64,000 nt of DNA, taken from Octopus sinensis. Taxonomy: Eukaryota. The notes beneath the pieces are model-generated. The model was not told where the DNA came from. It did no database searches and worked only from the letters and a program-made list of their open reading frames with translations. The stretch is taken from the NCBI RefSeq assembly GCF_006345805.1, contig NC_043022.1:18848001-18912000 (forward strand). The letters run 5' to 3'. The first letter of the stretch is position 1; every line of letters begins with the position of its first letter. Positions 25,790 through 39,307 of the stretch are shown here, piece by piece. The translations under genes were made by a program, and so were the position numbers.

Positions 25790-26660
25790 TGTAGCTGTAG
25801 TACAGTAGCGGTAGCTGTAGTGTTACAGTGTTGGTTGCAGTACTCCAGTGTTGTGGTAGTGTTCTTAGTTTTAGTGGTGTTGTTAGTAGTAGTATTGCTG
25901 CAGTATTGGTTATAGTATAATGGTGATTTTATTAGTTGTAGTGGTGTTGTTAATAGAAGTATTGCTGCAGTATTGGTTATTGTATAGTGGTGGTGTTGGT
26001 AGTAATAGTGTTGCAGTATTGGCCATAGTTTAAAAGGAGGTGTTGTCAGTTGTAGTAGTTGGTAATAGCAGTGCAGTAGCGGTAACTGTAGTGTTGCAGT
26101 GTTTGCTGTAGTACTGCAGTATTAGTTGTAGTGTAGTGGTGGTGCTTGTTGTTATAATAGTGTTGTGCTGTGGTGTTCGTTATAGTGTCGTGGTGGTGTT
26201 GGTGATAATAGTGCAGTTGTGGTAGCTGTAGTGTTGCAGCATTGGTTGTAGTATTGCTGTGTTGGTTGTAGTGGTGTTGTTAATAGAAGTATTGGTTATT
26301 GTATAGTGGTGGTGCTGTTAGTTGTAGTAGTGTAGTGGTGTTGGTAGTAATAGTGTTGCAGTATTGACCATAGTTTAAAAGGAGGTGTTGTCAGTTGTAG
26401 TAGTTGGTAATAGCAGTGCAGTAGCGGTAACTGTAGTGTTGCAGTGTTTGCTGTAGTACTGCAGTATTAGTTGTAGTATTGGGTGGTGCTTGTTGTTATA
26501 ATAGTGTTGTGGTGGTGTTGGTGATAATAGTGCAGTTGTAGCTGTAGTGTTGCAGCATTGGTTGTAGTGTTTTGGTGGTGCTTATTGTTATAATAGTGTT
26601 TTGGTGTTGGCTGTGGTGCAGTGGTGTTTGTAGTCGTAGTAGAGTTGTGGCAGTAGTTGT
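25790..26660. repeat. GT-rich low-complexity cryptic satellite with an internal ~340-bp duplication
   Basis: gtagtgttgcagtatt-like units; the atagtttaaaaggaggtgttgtcagttgtag block occurs at ~26025 and ~26370. Confidence 0.7.
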
Positions 26661-27362
26661 CTGTAAATGTGGTGACTGAAATTTCTGGTAAAAGTTCAAG
26701 AAAAAAAGAAACAATTTTTAATAGAAAATAATTTTTATGTCTTTAATATTTCACACGCAAAAGTATAAAATGTGATGTTGAGATGTTGATTCATTTCCCA
26801 AACACAAATAAGGATTACACTGATGAAAAGTAATGTTGTGATGTTGATGCCTTTCTCAAACAAACGATGATGACTTCAGTGAAAACATTAACCTTTCAGC
26901 ATCTCATACAAGGAAATATACAATGCAATGTTGTGATATTGATGCCTTCCCCCAAAACAAACGATGACTGTTTAATAACATCTAATGCGATGCTTAATAA
27001 CATTTAATGTGATGTTGTGATCTTGATGACTTTCTTAAAGAATATATGTAACTTATATAGTAGCTATATAAATAGGGAAAATTTAGTTATTTTTCTGTAG
27101 ATTGAAAAAAAAAAAAAACAGACTTAACTGATTTTCGGACCTTATTCAACTCTCATCAGAGATATCTACATCAATTTGTCCAATCTCAGAACTTTGGATA
27201 ATTATCATTTAGTGCCTCCATCTCATTTCAGAGATTCATCAGAAATGATATTTTTACAGAAAATATATACCTTTTATATATATGTTAGTTCTGGATTTTT
27301 TTTCAAATCTGTATGGTACATCACTTCAAAAATTTTATACATACATACACACACACATGCAC

Positions 27363-27402
<40 letters not shown>

Positions 27403-27710
27403 TATTATTTTTTTGCTAAAAACAATGTAATTTTCTTTTTTCCCCCTCCTTGCATTTAAAAAAAAATTTTTTTCTTTACAATTCTTGAAAAGTCACATTA
27501 TGACGAAAACCGGTTTGAATTAATATATATATATATATATTATCAATTTTTCAAAAACTTTTTCCATACACCCATTTTCATTAAAATTTTCTTTCAATTT
27601 AGCATTCTGCCTTTTTACAATTTTTCCTCGCTTATCATTTCTCCATGTGCAGTCAACACAATCCCACCATTTATTGATCTATATATATATATCTATATAT
27701 ATATATATAT

Positions 27711-27950
27711 AATTAAGACACAAACCTCTATTTAGTTATTCCATCAATAGTGAAAAGATATTATCTATAATAACCACATAGAAATTAATTAAATATCTTA
27801 TAATTATTATTCTAAAAATCTCAAAACAAATCAAATGTTTGATTTTTAGAATAATAATTATAAGATATTTAATTAATTTCTATGTGGTTATTATAGATAA
27901 TATCTTTTCACTATTGATGGAATAACTAAATAGCGGTTTGTCTCTTAATT
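27711..27950. repeat. fold-back element (110-bp inverted arms, 20-bp spacer) inside (TA)n
   Basis: 27711-27820 is the near-perfect reverse complement of 27841-27950. Confidence 0.9.
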
Positions 27951-28232
27951 ATATATATATATTGTGAATTTTGATTTAGTGTGCTATATATATATATAAT
28001 ATAATATGATATAATATAATATAATATAATATATATATATATATTAAGGAAAAGGAGACAGTCAGAATTTTGGATAATTCCTTAATATAAGGTAGAAGAA
28101 ATTTTTTGTGCATTATACTGTGAAGAATTTGACTGAATGATTGAAAACGCCAACAAAGAATTATCCAAAATTTTGACTGCCTCCTTCCGTCTTCTTAATA
28201 TACAATATCTGTACACCACTTCAAACACTATA

Positions 28233-28268
<36 letters not shown>

Positions 28269-29420
28269 CATATATATATGTATGTATGTGTGAATATGTA
28301 TGCCTGCATATAAGTGTGTATGCATGTGTGTATTCATACATGTTTGTCCTTGTTTCATTGACAGGAAGAGGATCAAGGAGATTGTATCATTGTATGGTAC
28401 CTACTGACAGCTAGATAGACTGTGCCATTATGTGGTACCTATAAATAGCTATGTAGATTGTACCACTCTGCTGTTTCTACCTAAATCTAGGGGTGGGGAC
28501 TAATTCAGTTTAGTACTTATTGATAGCTAGATGGACTGTGCTTAATTAAAATTAGGGGAATGTTGATTAATTAGTAAGAAATGGGTTATGGCTATTTAGC
28601 AATATGTGAATTGTGATTAACTAATGGAAAGTGGATCGTGATTAATTGGTCAATTAATGATAAGGGAACTGTGATTAGGCAGGCCTTGATAGAGTGTAGC
28701 AAAATTGAGAGAAAAATCAAAATAAAGGGTCAGGACAGAAACATATGAAATGAGATCCTGAAGGAATTCCTCAGGGGTGAGGAAGGTGTACCTGAGGTTT
28801 ATTGACCAGTTCTGAAAATCCTGCAGTATACATAGGCACAGGTATGGCTGTGTGGTTAAGAAGCTTGCTCCCAGTCTGTGTGTTCTCGGGTTCAATTTCA
28901 CTACACAGCATGTTGCATGAGGAGTCCTTTTTTAATATAGCTTTGGACTGATCAAAGCCTTGTGAGTGGATTTGTTGTGAAATAAATTCTCCCCACCCCT
29001 CAAAAAAATGTGGTATGTGTCAGTATGCATGTGTGCAATTGTACCGCCGCCCCGACTATCCTCCGTGCCGGTGGTATGTAAAAGCACCATCCGTTCGTGT
29101 CCGTTGCCAGCCTCGCCTGGCCCCCGTGCCAGTGGCACGTAAAAGCACCATCCGTTCGTGGCCGTTTGCCAGCTACATCTGGCTCCTGTGCCGGTGGCAC
29201 GTAAAAGCACCATCCGTTCGTGGCCGTTTGCCAGCTCCGTCTGGCTCCTGTGCGGGTGGCACGTAAAAAGCACCCACTACACTCGCGGAGCGGTTGGCGT
29301 TAGGAAGGGCATCCAGCCGTAGAAACACTGCCAGATCAGACTGGGCCTGATGCAGCCTTCTGGCTTCCCAGACCCCAGTTGAACCGTCCAACCCATGCTA
29401 GCACGGAAAACGGACGCTAA

Positions 29421-29455
<35 letters not shown>

Positions 29456-31826
29456 ATTAAATTCTGATATAATCGTAATCTACACACACTGAAAAATATT
29501 GGTCAAAATTTTCGTATAAAAATACCGATTATTTTGAAAGTTATGAGGAAACAAATCTAACTCATGTGAATTTTCTGAAACTCCTTTCCTTACTCCCCAA
29601 CAATGTTTTTTCACAAATGAGTAAAAGATAAAAATAACGGTAAAATGTATTTCACTAGTAATTCTTCATTGGTTTATAACTGTCCGTTCTTTTAACATGA
29701 TTGCATTCCATCTTGTAGCTTGACTTTATGCGTTCCATTATCCATATTTGAGCTTCAGTCGTGTTGCATGTCCTGCCAGCAGTCATCCAACATGCACACC
29801 ATATGCATACTTACACATAAACATTATAGGAATATAGGATACAATGATATCAAACAAATGTAAAAACATGCTATCTTAAAGGTAGTGTGTATACACACAC
29901 ACTCACACGCACACACACACACACACATATATATTTATATACACACATACTCACACACACATATAATATATGCTCAATGTTTTTAACATTTGGGCATTAT
30001 GAAAAGACATTTCTAGGGAGGCTATCCCCACATCAAATAAGTATACAAGCAAAAGAAATGTTATGTATATGACATTGATAATACTTACATTATTAATGTT
30101 ACTTTAAGTCCAATATATATATATGTATATATTTATACACAAATTCTCTTTTTTTATGTGTACATAAAAATGTACAATAGAATAGAAATATAAGTGGGCA
30201 AATAACTGGTATGAAGTTAAATTATGATATTCATGTATTAAAACGAAGTTTGAGTTGTTACGTGAGTATATATGATGAGAAGGAATGAAGTAAGAAAGTG
30301 TGCAAATAGTTCCTTACACCTGTTTCAAGACTAGATGTACAGATGGTGCATTTCCTTGAAAAAGGACAGTAGCCAGCTATAGAGTGGTGATGTCTTTCAT
30401 CATCAGAGAGAGAATTAAATAGGACCTTAATAGAAAGCTTTGGTCAACAACTAGTATAAGATACAGAGGAAAGTTTAACCCTTTTCTGTTCAGATTATTC
30501 TGTCAAATGTGATGTTTGTTTATTTATATTGTTTTGAAATAATCATGCATTGTCTTGTAGTTTAGAGATTTTGCTGGTGCGGTTGTTTAGTATTAGAATG
30601 ACATTGTAGGACTGAGGTGAGAGGCCAGATCTGACCAGTTTCAACATAAAACAAGTTAAATATTTTGGCCGGACATGGCCAGTTTGAATGCTGAAGAGTT
30701 AAAGGAAGAGAGGCAGAGAAAACAAGGTCATAATAACTGACTATCATGGCAAGATCTATAAATTTCTAGAATTAGCGGAAGATAGAAAGGGACAGCTAGT
30801 ACCAGTATGGCCTTAGCGTAAAAAGGTTGTGTAGTGGACCAGACTGAAAGGGCTGAAGACAGATACTTTTCTCTATGGCCAAGCCCTGATTAACTTTTTC
30901 AAGTTTTACTTGAAAAGGGAAGGGATTGTGGAAAAGGGATCAGTGCATTGATTTGTCTGGGGTCCTACATTAGTAGCAACATGGGCACTTTCAGTCTTCT
31001 TGCTCTATTAGAGCTTTTGCGTAAAATTATATTGATGTGTCCAACTGATCAAAAATTCTATTTATTTATTTATGCAACTGAGGATTGCCCTGCATTTAAA
31101 TTGGTGTAATGATTGCATTGTTCAATTAAATAGAGCCGCTTCAAATGGTTGCACTGCATCACCTCTTGATATCCCGTTGCTTATTTTGAATTTATATATA
31201 TTCATACTGGTTATGCGGTTAGTGCTGTTGTTACACGTATTCCCTGTTTCTCGTCTTGTTCATTGGCTGAGTATAATGCACAAACTGAGCTGTAAAGGAG
31301 AAATGAAATCTTAGTCAGACACAGAAAGGGTAATAGTGTGATGGTGGTGGTGGTGGTGGTGGTAGCCTTTGAGTTTTTTCCTCCCAAAGATTTTTAACCC
31401 AATATTTTACATGCTATTTTCTATAGTTTTATCTGCTTCAAGTTCCACTGTTAAAAACTATATATATATATATACAGGCGAATGAGTGGCTGTGTGGTAA
31501 GTAGCTTGCTTACCAACCACATAGTTCCGGGTTCAGCTCTTCTGCTATAGCCTTGGGCTGACCAAAGCCTTGTGAGTGGATTTGATAGACAGAAACTAGA
31601 AGAAGCCCGTCGAAAATATGTATATATATATATATGTGTGTGTGTATGTTTGTGTGTCTGTGTTTGTCCCCCCAACATCGCTTGACAACTGATGCTGGTG
31701 TGTTTATGTCCCCATAGCTTAGCGGTTCAGCAAAAGAGACCAATAGAATAAGTACTAGTCGATATGCTCGACTAAAGACAGTGTTCCAGCATGGCCACAG
31801 TCAAATGACTAAAACAAGTAAAAGAG

Positions 31827-31874
<48 letters not shown>

Positions 31875-32363
31875 TGAAGGCTGTTAATAAGCACAGAATG
31901 TGTAGATGAAGGGCGTAAAGTAAAAACAAATCATCATCATCATCATCATCATCGTTTAGCATCTGCTTTCCATGCTAGCATGGGTTGGACGGTTCAACTG
32001 GGGTCTGGGAAGCCAGAAGGCTGCACCAGGCCCAGTCTGATCTGGCAGTGTTTCTACAGCTGGATGCCCTTCCTAACGCCAACCACTCCGTGAGTGTAGT
32101 GGGTGCTTTTTACGTGCCAGACGAGGCTGGCAAACGGCCACGATCGGACGGTGCTTTTTACGTGCCACCAGCACGGGGGCCAGGCGAGGCTGGCAACGGC
32201 CACGATCGGATGGTGCTTTTTACGTGCCACAATGTGCAGCGAAAAAGAAAAAAAAAAGAAACAAAACAAAAAAGAACAAATAGGGTGTGAGGGTGGGGAA
32301 GGTGGGGAGAGAAGTGAAAAAGAAAAAAAAGAAGCCAATGATTAACTAATTTGTTGGTGCTGA

Positions 32364-32689
32364 TCACTTACGGAGAACAATGCCTGTTTGTGTCACTTGG
32401 GGTTGTTGAATGCAATGAAAGGCTGGCGAATATTGGCTGGTTGAATGTAGGGATATAGCATCCTGATAGGAGGGTTCAAAGTCCCGTCTAAATGGCTCAA
32501 CTCTCACTGGGTCAACTGCCGCTAGTTCAGCCCTTGTTGCTTCAGTCATGGTGGCTGCATCAAATCTGTTTGAGTTTGGCTCAGTAGCATCTGGTACTTT
32601 CAAAGCAGTCTCGCTACTAATAGAACAATCACGAATCGACGAAGAGCTTCCTAGGCCCAATTCTTCTCCGGATGCATTGCTTTCTTGAC
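32364..32689 (-). CDS. TNFR-like receptor terminal exon 14
   Basis: pyrimidine tract then tgaag|(R)QESNASGEELGLGSSSSIRD...QPQVTQTGIVLRK*; in frame with exon 13. Confidence 0.85.
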
Positions 32690-32955
32690 CTTCATTAACA
32701 GAAAGTGATTAGAAAGAGAAATTGTTAATTAACTAGGTTCAATACTGTTAATTTGATAGATCACAATCATGAATACAAGAGGTTGAAATGGGGTTCTTCT
32801 GAAGGGTCTCTTGAGAAAAGTTGCATAACCCTATTTACATTCAATGGATATTTGTCCTCATATTGTTTGTTGTTAAAACAATGTTTCGGCTGATATACCC
32901 TCCAGTCTTGGGGAAATTTCGAACCTGGGTTCTCATTCCTAAGGTATTTTTTCTA

Positions 32956-32990
<35 letters not shown>

Positions 32991-34322
32991 TATTATTATC
33001 ATTATTATTATTATTGAGTGACACTGGGGTAAAATATATGAAGCCCAGTATACCCATCATGACTACCTGTCTGATAAGGTTACACCAGGCACATGCATCA
33101 CAACCATATGTGTGTGACATGGTGATCTCATAACAAGATAAACAGCGCATGACCTTGCGGGTGGGGCCCATTTAGAATTTTCTTCTGGTTGGGTAACCCA
33201 TCACACTCAAAAGGTCCCTGACTAAGGGTTGTTTAAGGATGTTGAACGAAACACCCATGCTTCCAGAGGGGAATTATTCAAACCTCAAAGAATCCCTCTC
33301 GACACATGGCTCCCCCGCTACTTCTACTCGTGATCAGAGATGCACATATCGTCAGCCACTAAGGGACATGCTCAACTGGTTAAGTGCATTGAAAAGGAAG
33401 GAGACTACATAGAAGAGGGACGTACTTGTTTATCTCCTGCTTTTGTGTAAATATATTGGAAAACAAGAATGCTTATAATTTTTCACTCTCCATTCTATAT
33501 TTATTATGTTTAATATGTATGAAAGTGTACAAAATTTTTTATTTTGTTTATAATTTATAATCTTTATAGTTTTTTTTAATAATTTTATTTTCATTCCTGT
33601 TGGATCCCACTTATCTGTCCACAACATCTTTTTTTTCAATTTGGCTGCAGTCATTTTCTCTACGTCCACCCCCAGGATGGAGCAATAGTTTAGCTGAACC
33701 TAAAGAACACATTCCGTCAGCAGTGCAGGAGATAATTCCTGAAATGCTTCAAAATGTGTTTCTCGATGTTAAGGATAGATTTGAAATTTACAGGGATACC
33801 AGCTGGAGCACATGTTGAACATTTTCAATAAAGTTTTGTCATAAATCTATTTGTTATAAATCTATTTGTTTTGATACCATAATTAATTAATAAACATAAA
33901 ATTCTGTCAGTTTTTTAAAAATTTGCCAAATTTCATTGTCTGGAATACCTTGTATTATTTGATTTGATTTTAGAAATTTACATACTGGAGTGAGGTCTAC
34001 TGGTTATTAATGATTCTTTCTATGAAGGGGTCAGTGATACAAGAAGTTTGCTGACCCCTGCTTTAACCCTTTTGATACCAACCTGCCTCAATTGTTCTTT
34101 ATTCTACGATGCAAACTTTCCATTTTACTGTTGTCTAAATTTCTTCAAAATTTCATGTTAAATTATGTTCGAAACATCAGATTGATTACGGCAAAAGTTA
34201 TTTTACTAAATTCTTTGTAATTTTAACAATTAATTGAAATAATTGCAGTGTATTTCAACAGAATTATGGTCACAAAAGGTTTAAAGAATAAGGAAAAATA
34301 AAGAACAATTATTTTTTCTTAC

Positions 34323-34454
34323 GTGGAGGAGAACAGTGCCTAAATCCCATCATAGATTGTGTGGTTTGTTGATAGATGGGGGGAAGTATAGGGATTTCTA
34401 CCCCTGGCGGCTGGATTAATCTGGTCAAAGTAGAAGGATCATAAGGGCTGCTGA
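34323..34454 (-). CDS. TNFR-like receptor exon 13
   Basis: ttcag|ISSPYDPSTLTRLIQPPGVEIPILPPIYQQTTQSMMGFRHCSPP|gtaag; 132 nt, phase 1-1. Confidence 0.87.
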
Positions 34455-35687
34455 CTGAAATGAAACAAAGTAAAAATAGTTTAATTAAGTACCATATTTG
34501 CCCAGCTTCAAGGTGACATTTCAAGCTTGACCAATGTTCTGCTTCAGACCACGGAAAGCCTGAACAGTGTCTGACTCTCTAACGGTTCTGTTAGCCCTTA
34601 AACGAAGGGCAGCTCCAATTGATGTTTGAATAATTGTAGGTGGATATGGCCATTGTTAATTGATGCCTGAACACCTACTTCATCAAATCTGCCTAAGCAT
34701 AAGTGGCCCTTATTGATGGGGGAAATTAAGTTGCAATGTGCAAGATTTATACAGGGACAACATAGAAGTTTTTTTCTGATTTTCCTTCATCATCAGATAA
34801 GTTAGATTACAATGATGATGATGTTCTAAATAGCACAGAAGAAAGTGGTGCTTCGGCTCACTCTAGATCAGGGCTTCTCAACCATTTCTTATCTATGAAT
34901 CCCTTTGATTACTATTTTATTTTGGTGGACCCCCCCCCATAGCCTTTCACTGTTTAAAAACAAGTTTTATAGAAACTCCTTTCAAAATTCCTATTTTGTT
35001 TCTCAAACGTTAACTTGCATAGGTTGAATGCTGTAAAATATTAGAGAGCGAAACCGAGCTCTTCCTTGCAATACATAGTTATGACAGGATGGTCGTGGTT
35101 GGAACACCTTTGATCATAGGTTTGCTGGATCGAAGTTGACCTGGGACCAAACAAGGGAGGACACATGAAAGAACATAATCCTAGGTACATTATGTCTAAA
35201 TAAAAGGTGACAGCAACAAACATGGCCACAACATCTGTTTTCCATGCTGGCATGGGTTGGACAGTTTGGCTGAGGACTGGCAAGCCTGGAGGCTGCACCA
35301 GGCCCTAATCTGATCTGGCAAGATTTCTACAGCTGGATGCTCCTCCTAACACCAACTACTCTGAGATACACATATCAAAAGCAAAATTTTTTTCAGGGGC
35401 CCTTAAAATACCATTGTGAATCCCCAATTTGCTATTTTATTGCTTAGACCCCCACCAAAATCTCATATGGACCCTCAGAGGCCATATGCACCCCAATTGA
35501 GAAACCATTACTTTACATGGAAAAAGGGGACTGATTTTTCTCCATTTGTTCCTTCATTTCACAACAACAATGCTGGAATCTCAAATGAATTTATGCTCAA
35601 GCTGGATGCAAAGAAAAGTGAATATTTTACAGCAGTTTTTGGTCATGAAATTATGAATCCTTTTCTGTGAGAGATGTGCAATGGTTT

Positions 35688-35870
35688 TAGTTAGTTAGTT
35701 AGTTAGTTAGTTAATTTGGCTCAAAAGCAAATAGCAAGGCCATGTAGGGGGACATGGAGTTAAGTACAGGGTGGTGTTCATGTAAAGAGTTCAGGCCACT
35801 TGAGGTCAAGGGAGGCTTTGAACAAAGCGGTCGTCGGCATCTTCACCATCTCGTCTGGCAGCTTGTTCCA
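35688..35870 (-). mobile_element. CR1-type LINE 3' fragment
   Basis: WNKLPDEMVKMPTTALFKASLDLKW...* followed by a short UTR and (CTAA)n tail. Confidence 0.75.
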
Positions 35871-36035
35871 TCGACCCCAGTGCTTATCTGGTACTTATTT
35901 CATCAACCCCGAAAAGGATGAACGGCAAAGTTAACCTCAGCAGAATTTGAATTGAGAGGATGAAGACGGACAAAATGCTGCTGAGTATTGTTGCCCAATG
36001 TGCTCATGATTCTGCCAGCTTACTGCCTTGAAAAT

Positions 36036-36060
36036 AATGATGATGATGAGGAGGAGGAGG

Positions 36061-36106
<46 letters not shown>

Positions 36107-36570
36107 GGAGGAGGAGGAGGAGGAGGAGGATGATGATGAGGTTGATGATGAGGATGATGATGAGGATGAGGATGAGGATGATGATGATGAGGTTGATGAT
36201 GAGGATGATGATGAGGATGAGGATGAGGAGGATGATGAGGATGATGACGAGGATGACGAGGATGATGATGATGACGAGGATGAGGATGATGATGATGATG
36301 AGGTTGATGATGAGGATGAGGATGAGGATGATGATGATGATGAGGTTGATGATGAGGATGAGGATGAGGATGAGGAGGATGATGATGACGAGGATGATGA
36401 GGATGATGATGAGGATGAGGATGATGATGAGGAGGATGATGATGATGATGACGAGGATGATGATGAGGATGAGGATGATGATGATGATGAGTTGATGATG
36501 AGGATGAGATGATAATGAGGAGGATGATGATGATGATGACGAGGATGAGGATGATGATGATGATGATGAT
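36036..36570. repeat. (GAT/GAG)n compound microsatellite
   Basis: directly visible trinucleotide array. Confidence 0.95.
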
Positions 36571-36784
36571 TTCTACTATAGGTACAAGGCCTGAAATTTG
36601 GTGGAGGGGGATAGTTGATTATATTGACCCCAGTACCCAACTGGTACTTCATTTATTGACCTTGAAAGGATAAAAGGTAAAGTCGACCTCAGTGGAATTT
36701 GAACTCAGAATGTAGTGGCAGAAGAAATACAGCTATTCATTTCGTGCAGTGGGCTAACGATTCGGCCAGCTTGCTGCCTTGATG

Positions 36785-36827
<43 letters not shown>

Positions 36828-36904
36828 TGATGATAATAATAATGATAATAATAATAATAATAATAATGATAATAGTAATACTAATAATAATAATAATAAT
36901 AATC

Positions 36905-37460
36905 AATTCTTTTTTATTGGCCACAAGGGCTGACACGCATGATTACATAAAGGGACAAGACAGGATGAAAGGTTACAAAGGGTTTTGTCCATTTGTTAAA
37001 AAATCCGTGTAAAAAAAAACTTTATAACAATGATTATTAAAACAATGAAAAACTCCCAAAAGGGGGAGACGTTTCGAAAGGTTCCTGGTGGAAAAAACCC
37101 TACAAAGGCCAACGGGAGCCTGGTCTAAAAAGGGGGTGTAGAGAGTCCCCTTTTTTCTCCTTTTGTATTACCTTTTTGAAATCACAGGCGAAACCTGAGA
37201 ACTGGTCCATTTATACAGCCCAGTCTCGCACAATTCACCCACCTTTCATAAAACTTGCTATCGGACAGCACTTTCCACTCTAACCTCATCTTCCTTTTCA
37301 AGTGAAACTTGAAAAAGTTGATGAGGCCTTGACCAAAGAGGAAAGTGTCTGTCTTTAGCCCTTTCAAACGAGTCCACCACACGACCTCTTTCGCCACAGC
37401 CACTAGGCACAAGAAAACGGCCTCGCCCTCCTTGTTAAAGGAGGTCGGCGGGGCAATCTT
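36905..37460 (-). mobile_element. LINE 3' fragment, probably L1/Tx1-like, within (TAA)n
   Basis: minus ORF AKEVVWWTRLKG...FFKFHLKRKMRLE...KFYERW resembles an ORF2 C-terminus; bounded by TAA repeats. Confidence 0.5.
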
Positions 37461-37494
37461 TAATAATAATAATAATAATAATAACAATACTTAC

Positions 37495-37629
37495 TGAAAT
37501 ATGGTACAGAACTTTTGAGAGTGCTACCAGACTTTCCCATTTCCATGTATGTGTCGATCAAATTGCTTGAGCTGGGTTTTTTAGGAAGCGGCCTTTGTGT
37601 GTCATTGGGTGAGACTTTCCGCACTTGAT
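37495..37629 (-). CDS. TNFR-like receptor exon 12
   Basis: agcag|DQVRKVSPNDTQRPLPKKPSSSNLIDTYMEMGKSGSTLKSSVPYF|gtaagt; 135 nt, phase 1-1. Confidence 0.87.
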
Positions 37630-38018
37630 CTGCTCAGAAGGAAGTGTATATATGTATATATATATAGATAGATATAGATATATATTTAAAATATACTATA
37701 TAACATGCACACACACACATATACAGATATTTATATATATATATCATCATCATCATCATCATCATTTAGCGTCCGTTTTCCATGCTAGCATGGGTTGGAC
37801 GGTTCAACTGGGGTCTGGGGAGCCCGAAGGCTGCACCAGGCCAGTCAGATCTGGCAGTGTTTCTACAGCTGGATGCCCTTCCTAACGCCAACCACTCCGA
37901 GAGTGTAGATATATATATATATATATATATATGAGTGTGTGTGTGTATATAAACATACGTATATAATATTAACTATATATATGTATATGTATGTATGTAT
38001 GTATGTATATATATAATG

Positions 38019-38061
<43 letters not shown>

Positions 38062-38129
38062 TATGTATATATATTTTATATATACATATTATGGATATAT
38101 ATAATATATATATCATACATACATACATA

Positions 38130-38280
38130 CTCTCTTTACTCTTTTATTTGTTTCAGTCATTTGACTGCGACCATGCTGGAGCACCGCCTTTTAGTCGAGC
38201 AAATCGACCCCGGGATTTATTCTTTGTAAGCCCAGTACTTATTCTATCGGTCTATTTTTGCCGAACCGCTAAGTGACGAG
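38130..38280 (-). mobile_element. 5'-truncated family A SINE fused directly after the U6 fragment
   Basis: minus strand begins ctcgtcacttagcggttcggc (consensus cccgtcacttagcgg) and runs to the aaagagtaaagagag tail. Confidence 0.88.
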
Positions 38281-38311
38281 AAAATATGGAACGCTTCACG
38301 AATTTGCGTGT
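38281..38311 (-). pseudogene. U6: U6 snRNA 3'-terminal fragment (31 nt)
   Basis: minus strand ACACGCAAATTCGTGAAGCGTTCCATATTTT is the conserved metazoan U6 3' end. Confidence 0.92.
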
Positions 38312-38706
38312 ATATATTTTATATATATACAGAGTAACCTACCCAGTATTCATTCTTTACCGAGTGAAGAAACGGTATGGACGATTTGTTTTGGAGTCTC
38401 ACAATACCATGTACGCCTATGAGGATTTACTTTCCCAATGAAACCCGGTTTTTTCCAAAACTTTTTCTCAAACCTGCTATAATGTGATACATGTCTTTGG
38501 TGTGGTAATTGTACGCGGCTGAAGAAGGCCTTTGATCTACCTGTTGTATCAATTATGCATTGATATAAGTTGTTCAATAAAGCCCGAAACATATGTACCT
38601 CAAAATCGTTTGCTTCCTGTTTTTCTTTTGATACATATATCCTATCACCTATACCACTTGCTGGCATATACAGGTGCTTACATTTATCAAGTATTCAACC
38701 TGAATT

Positions 38707-38760
<54 letters not shown>

Positions 38761-39307
38761 TGGATACATGTGGTGTTCGTCTGGCATGTTGATTTTTTTT
38801 GTTCATTTTTATGTGTCTTGATATGCCTGCACTGATATATGTATGTATGTATGTATGTATGTATATATGGTTGATGCCTCCCATGCTGGGGGCACGTAAA
38901 AGGCACCATTCGTGTGTGGTCGATGCCAGTGCCACCCGACTGGCCCCTGTGCCAGTGACATGTAAAAGGCATCCACTACATTTTCAGAGTGGTTGACGTT
39001 AGGAGGAGCATCCAGCTGTAGAAACCTTGCCAGATCAGATTAGGGCCTGGTGCAGCCTTCAGGCTTGCCAGTCCTCAGCCAAACTGTCCAACCCATGCCA
39101 GCATGGAAAACAGATGTTGTGGCCACGTTTGTTGCTGTCACCTTTTATTTAGACATAATGTATCTAGGATTATGTTCTTTAATGTGTCCTTCCTTGTTCG
39201 TCCCAGGTTAGCTTTGATCCAGCAAACCTATGATCAAAGGTGTTCCAACCACGACCATCCTGTGATAACTATAAATGTAAAAATATCACAATGGAATCTT
39301 GACTCAC

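Noticed and set aside
35988-36652. Long poly-Asp/Glu, poly-Ser and poly-Met ORFs (also 50045-50988)
   Set aside because: Translations of trinucleotide microsatellites in introns; open in several frames and not needed by either gene model.
38350-38667. 105-aa minus ORF between TA runs, possibly a PLE endonuclease relic
   Set aside because: No convincing GIY-YIG or RT motif could be read; left uncalled.
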